Shown here piece after piece: positions 35,801 to 39,868 of a stretch of 39,868 bases of DNA; within the stretch, counting starts at the first letter, position 1, and each line of letters begins with the position of its first letter. Under the pieces are notes generated by a model. That model ran no database searches and was not told the DNA's origin. It saw nothing but the letters and a program-made list of their open reading frames with translations. The stretch covers positions 1 through 39,868 of the forward strand of contig NW_021835524.1 in assembly GCF_006345805.1 (NCBI RefSeq), written 5' to 3'. The DNA comes from Octopus sinensis. Lineage: Eukaryota. A program made the translations under genes and the position numbers.

Positions 35801-36672
35801 TTCTGCTGTTAATGCATCTCTTATCTTTTTCTTTTTCTTTTTTTTTTTTATAAGTTTCAATTTTCAGAATGAGGAGTAAGAATTAATGGGTGGGGCTGTG
35901 GTGGGGTGGGGGGGGGGGGGGTCAGCATTGTTTTCCATTTCGTTTTTAGTTTGTGTGTGTGTGTGTGTGCATGTGCTTCCTTTGTCTTTCGTTATTGGTG
36001 TCTTGAGGTGCTCCTGTTAACGGAAGTTGTTACCGTAGAAAATGGATCGTGTCTGTGCTGCACATAATTATTATTGTGTGTGTGTGTGCATACCCTGTAG
36101 TCGTCCCTAGCCATCAACTCCCCACCCTCCCTGCATGCGTTCCCCTGCCCTCTCTCTCTCTCTCTCTCTCTATTTCTCTTCTTACTCACAGTTTCAGAGT
36201 TGAAAGAGGGGGGGGGAGAAGGCACCAGTAAAGTGTAAAAAAAAAAAAAAAAAAGGTGGAGAGATAGGGGCTAAGGATAGGATATATATATAATGTTACC
36301 CTTAGCACACCCCTGTATCTCCTTACTTGCTGCTGCTGCCGCCGCCAAAGTACATACATGCGGTTGTCTTTGTGCATATTAGGACTTTCGGTTTTTGCTG
36401 TTCCACTACAAAACTGAAGAAACTAGTCAGTCAGTCAGTCATTCCAGCCTTCAATCTATCTCTCTATCTACACTTCCCCCTACCTCTCTCTCTCTCTCTC
36501 TCTCTTTCTCTCCCACACATTTCTCTGTATGTGGTGGTGGGTGTGGTTCACATGGGGGACAGGGCAAACGCCTGTCTTTATGCTCTCTTGCTCTCTTTCT
36601 CTCTTTCCACCTCTCTGCTCCACCCTGCTTCTTTGGCAAGTTAATTTAAACTCTCCTGTCCTTACCTCTCAG

Positions 36673-36702
36673 TCTGTAGTGGAGGGGGTGGTGCAGTGGG
36701 AG
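36673..36702 (+). other. Candidate 30-nt microexon
   Basis: Long pyrimidine tract, CTCTCAG| acceptor, GAG|GTGAGT donor. Length divisible by 3. No host gene visible. Confidence 0.2.
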
Positions 36703-36945
36703 GTGAGTTACATATAGGTGGTGGCACGGTATATACGGGGGGGTGGGGATAAAGAAAATCACTTGACTTGGTAGCTACCACCACCGCCACCGCTATGATG
36801 CATCGCCGCCCTCATTGGTTAACCTGTTTTATTACTCGCCACTCACCACGGTTTTATTGGTGTGTGTGTGTGAATGTACTTTATGCTGTTGGTTTATGTG
36901 TGTTGGAAAGGTTTGTCAATTTTTAAATTTGTATTACACACAGAT

Positions 36946-37345
36946 AGGCGCAGGAGTGGCTGTGTGGTAAGTAGCTTGTTTACCAACCACATGGTTCCGG
37001 GTTCAGTCCCACTGCATGGCGCCTTGGGCAAGTGTCTTCTACTATAGCCTCGGGCCGACCAAAGCCTTGTGAGTGGATTTGGTAAATGGAAACTGAAAGA
37101 AGCCCGTCATATATATGTACATATATGTATGTGCGTGTGTGTTTGTGTGTCTGTGTTTGTCCCCCTAGCATTGCTTGACAACCGATGCTGGAGTGTTTAT
37201 GTCCCCGTTACTTAGCAGTTCGGCAAAAGAGACCGATAGAATAAGTACTGGGCTTACAAAAGAATAAGTCCCGGGATCGAGTTCCTCGATTAAAGACGGT
37301 GCTCCAGCATGGCCGCAGTCAAAATGACTGAAACAAGTAAAAAAG
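36946..37345 (+). mobile_element. SINE family 1, full length, sense strand, A-rich tail
   Basis: AGGCGCAGGAGTGGCTGTGTGG...GGTTCAGTCCC...TGACTGAAACAAGTAAAAAAG. Confidence 0.9.
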
Positions 37346-37478
37346 AAAAAAAAAAGAAAAAAGAGAGATAGTTATAAAGTACCAGTCGAGTCCTAGGTCA
37401 ACAGTTTCAACTAAACTCACTGTCCTCGAAATTGTTAGTCTCGTGTCCAAATCGGAGACCATTCTTATAAATATTGGT

Positions 37479-37732
37479 AAAGCGGCAAGCTGGCAGAATC
37501 GTCAAAGCGTTGGACGAAAATGTTTATCGAGGTTTCATTCATCTCTCTACGATCTGAATTCAAGTTCCACCATGATCGACTTTGCCTTTCTTCCTTTCAA
37601 GGTCGATAAAATTGACTACCAGTTGCGTACTGGGGGGGGGGGTCAATGTAATCGACTTACCCCCTCCCCGAAATTGCTGGCCTTGTGCCAAAGAGGGTGG
37701 AGAGGAAAATGTACCTGTAGTAGAAAGGATTT
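37479..37732 (+). mobile_element. SINE family 2 (CCCCGAAATTGCTGGCC tail type)
   Basis: AAAGCGGCAAGCTGGCAGAATCG...GACTTTGCCTTTC...AATGTAATCGACT. Confidence 0.8.
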
Positions 37733-37741
37733 CTATTTTTA

Positions 37742-37938
37742 TACTCTTTTACTTGTTTCAGTCATTTGACTGCGGCCATGCTGGAGCACCGCCTTTTAGT
37801 CGAGCAAATCAACCCCAGGACTTATTCTTTTGTAAGCCCAGTACTTATTCTATCAGTCCCTTTTGCCGAACCACTAAGTGATGAGGATATAAACACACCA
37901 GCATCGGTTGTCAAGCAATGCTAGGGAGACACAAACAT

Positions 37939-37999
<61 letters not shown>

Positions 38000-38139
38000 T
38001 ACGATGGGCTTCTTTGAGTTTCCGTCTACCAAATCCACTCACAAGGCTTTGGTCGGCCCAAGGTATCACATAGTGGGACTGAACCTGGAACCATGTGGTT
38101 GGTAAGCAAGCTACTTACCACACAGCCACCCCTGCGCCT
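37742..38139 (-). mobile_element. SINE family 1 with a ~26-bp internal deletion
   Basis: GGCCC|AAGGT junction lacks GAGGCTATAGTAGAAGACACTTGCCC, with GCCC microhomology. Confidence 0.9.
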
Positions 38140-38780
38140 ATACTTTTAGAAAAAAAAAGAAATTGGTATTTCTAACATTGATGCATCTCCAAAGAATATC
38201 GCCATCATAATAATCTGGAGATTGCATCGGTAACGAGGATGGTGGTGGGGAAGCTTGTACTTTTCTCTTCTTACTTTTAATTATATTTTTTATTATTTAC
38301 AATTATTTTCCGAAATTTTATTTATTTGTTGTTTTTTTTTAGTCCACCATATTGTTGAAGTGGTAATAGTTATTGATGTACATTGACTGCGCTCCTTTCT
38401 CTTCCCTGATTCCTTAGTTTGGTTTGCTGCCTCCATGTGTGTGTGTGGGCGTGTGTGTGTGTGTGTGGAACCATAATTCTTGGTGCCATATTTTAATCTC
38501 CTTTTGTTCTTGGGATGTTCATTTGATAAATCTTATTGAAGGAAAGGATTAATTTTTAATACTCCATAAAAACAAGAGACCCATATATTTTCAAAATTTT
38601 GTGCGTGTGTGTGTGTGCATGTACAAATGCATATACAAAAATCCAGTTTTCTAAATCAGTAACTGTCATGCTGCTGCCACTCTCCTTTTTCTGAGGAATT
38701 ACTCTTTGGCAGTCCTTACTTCAAAAGATGTCAGATGTCTTGGTGGCGGCGGCAGTCGAAGAAGTGGTGTTCTAGACAAT

Positions 38781-38863
38781 CATCATCATCGTCATCGTTG
38801 TCATCAATTTTAACGTCCACTTTTCCATACTTGCATGGGTCAGATGGAATTCGCTGATAGAAA
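38781..38863 (-). mobile_element. 3' fragment of the (GAT)n-tailed retroposon
   Basis: (CAT)n followed by TTTAACGTCCACTTTTCCATACTTGCATGGG. Related to 6287-6419. Confidence 0.55.
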
Positions 38864-38876
38864 CCCTTCCTCATAG

Positions 38877-39326
38877 AAGGCGGCGAGCTGGCAGAATCGT
38901 TAGCACACCGGGCAAAATGCTTAGCAGTATTTTGTCTGCCACTATGTTCTGAGTTCAAATTCCGCCGAGGCTGACTTTGCCTTTCATCCTTTCGACATCG
39001 ATAAATTAAGTACCAGTTACGCACTGAGGTCAGTGTAATCGACTTAATCCCTTTGTCTATCCTTGTTTGTCCCCTCTATGTTTAGCCCCTTGTGGGCAAT
39101 AAAGAAATATGAAACGTTAGCACGCCGGGCGAAATGCTTAGCGGTATTTAACCTGCCGTTACGTTCTGAGTTCAAATTCTGCCGAGGTTGATTTTGCCTT
39201 TCATCCTTTCGGGGTCGATTAAATAAGTACCAGTTACGCACTGGGGTCGATGTAATCGACTTAATCCCTTTGTCTGTCATTGTTTGTCCCTTCTATGTTT
39301 AGCCCCTTGTGGGCAATAAAGAAATA
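38877..39326 (+). mobile_element. SINE family 2 tandem dimer
   Basis: Full unit 38877-39109, then a unit starting at GAAACGTTAGCACG (39111) and ending AAAGAAATA. Confidence 0.9.
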
Positions 39327-39868
39327 AGGCATCGCTCCCTCAACTGATTTTCGATTTTATTTTTCAGTTATTTAGTATTCTTAAATGAATTACTGAATTT
39401 CAAAACTTTACTCAGAAATATATTTTCCTTTATTATATGTTGGTCTGACATATTTTGCATTACATCTAAGCAAGCTACCAAAGCCCAGCTTACAAGAGAG
39501 AGAGAGAGAGTGTGTGTGTGTGTGTTCATCATTATCAGCAGACTCACCTCCTCCTATTCCTCGCTATTACCACACAGCTATTCCACCGCCTTCCCCGCTA
39601 CATGCCCGCCCGCCCGCCACCCTCTTCTCTCTGTTAACCTTGCTTGTACAAGTTTGAACTGCAAAACTTGTCAGACTGAGATCTGTCTTTGAGAGCTAAT
39701 TCTTTGGGTTTTTCTCTCCCACCCTGTCATCCAAGTATTTCTGCTCACCCAGTTCTGACTGACTCTAACCTCCTGCTGCCACCCCGCTCCGCCCGCCCCA
39801 CGACTGGTTGCCTGCCCTCCACCTTCACCACCACCACCACCACCACCAACACCACCACCACCACCACC

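Noticed and set aside
35888-35921. G-quadruplex-capable G runs (also ~14598-14615)
   Set aside because: Such G/C runs are common throughout this window, with no sign of specific function.
36091-36100. TACCCTGTAG, matching the first 10 nt of miR-10
   Set aside because: The match stops at 10 nt (continues TCGTCC, not ATCCGAA) and no precursor hairpin is evident.
36946-37020. tRNA genes at SINE heads
   Set aside because: A and B boxes are present, but there is no cloverleaf or acceptor stem, and they run straight into SINE bodies.
406-39692. All ORFs in the supplied track as protein-coding genes
   Set aside because: They are translations of SINE copies (recurrent HSQGFGRPEAIVEDTCPR, MRNWYLIYRP), microsatellites (YI, HT, CV, SL runs) or short chance frames. 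None has a recognisable domain.

Overview
Eukaryotic, AT-rich, repeat-dominated non-coding DNA. The SINE and MITE repertoire looks like an octopus (coleoid cephalopod) genome; this is inferred from repeat recognition, not from a search. I find no intact protein-coding gene. The listed ORFs are artefacts of microsatellites, SINEs or chance. The window holds two abundant tRNA-derived SINE families (one CORE-like, one Meta/MESC-like), TTAA-flanked piggyBac-type MITEs, a non-autonomous Helitron, hAT and Tc2-like fragments, and many microsatellites. The most interesting signals are Penelope-like. An inverted pair of ~200-bp terminal-repeat arms (12509-13041) each carries a minimal type-I hammerhead ribozyme fold with a shared non-canonical core (A6>U). 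A decayed GIY-YIG-like reading frame lies on the minus strand at ~18170-18790. Other observations are a TSD-bounded SINE trimer with a recurrent GGTA junction, a nested MITE/SINE array, a 210-bp local duplication, a hairpin shared between SINE families, candidate plus-strand microexons, and several motif-dense unique islands that may be enhancers.
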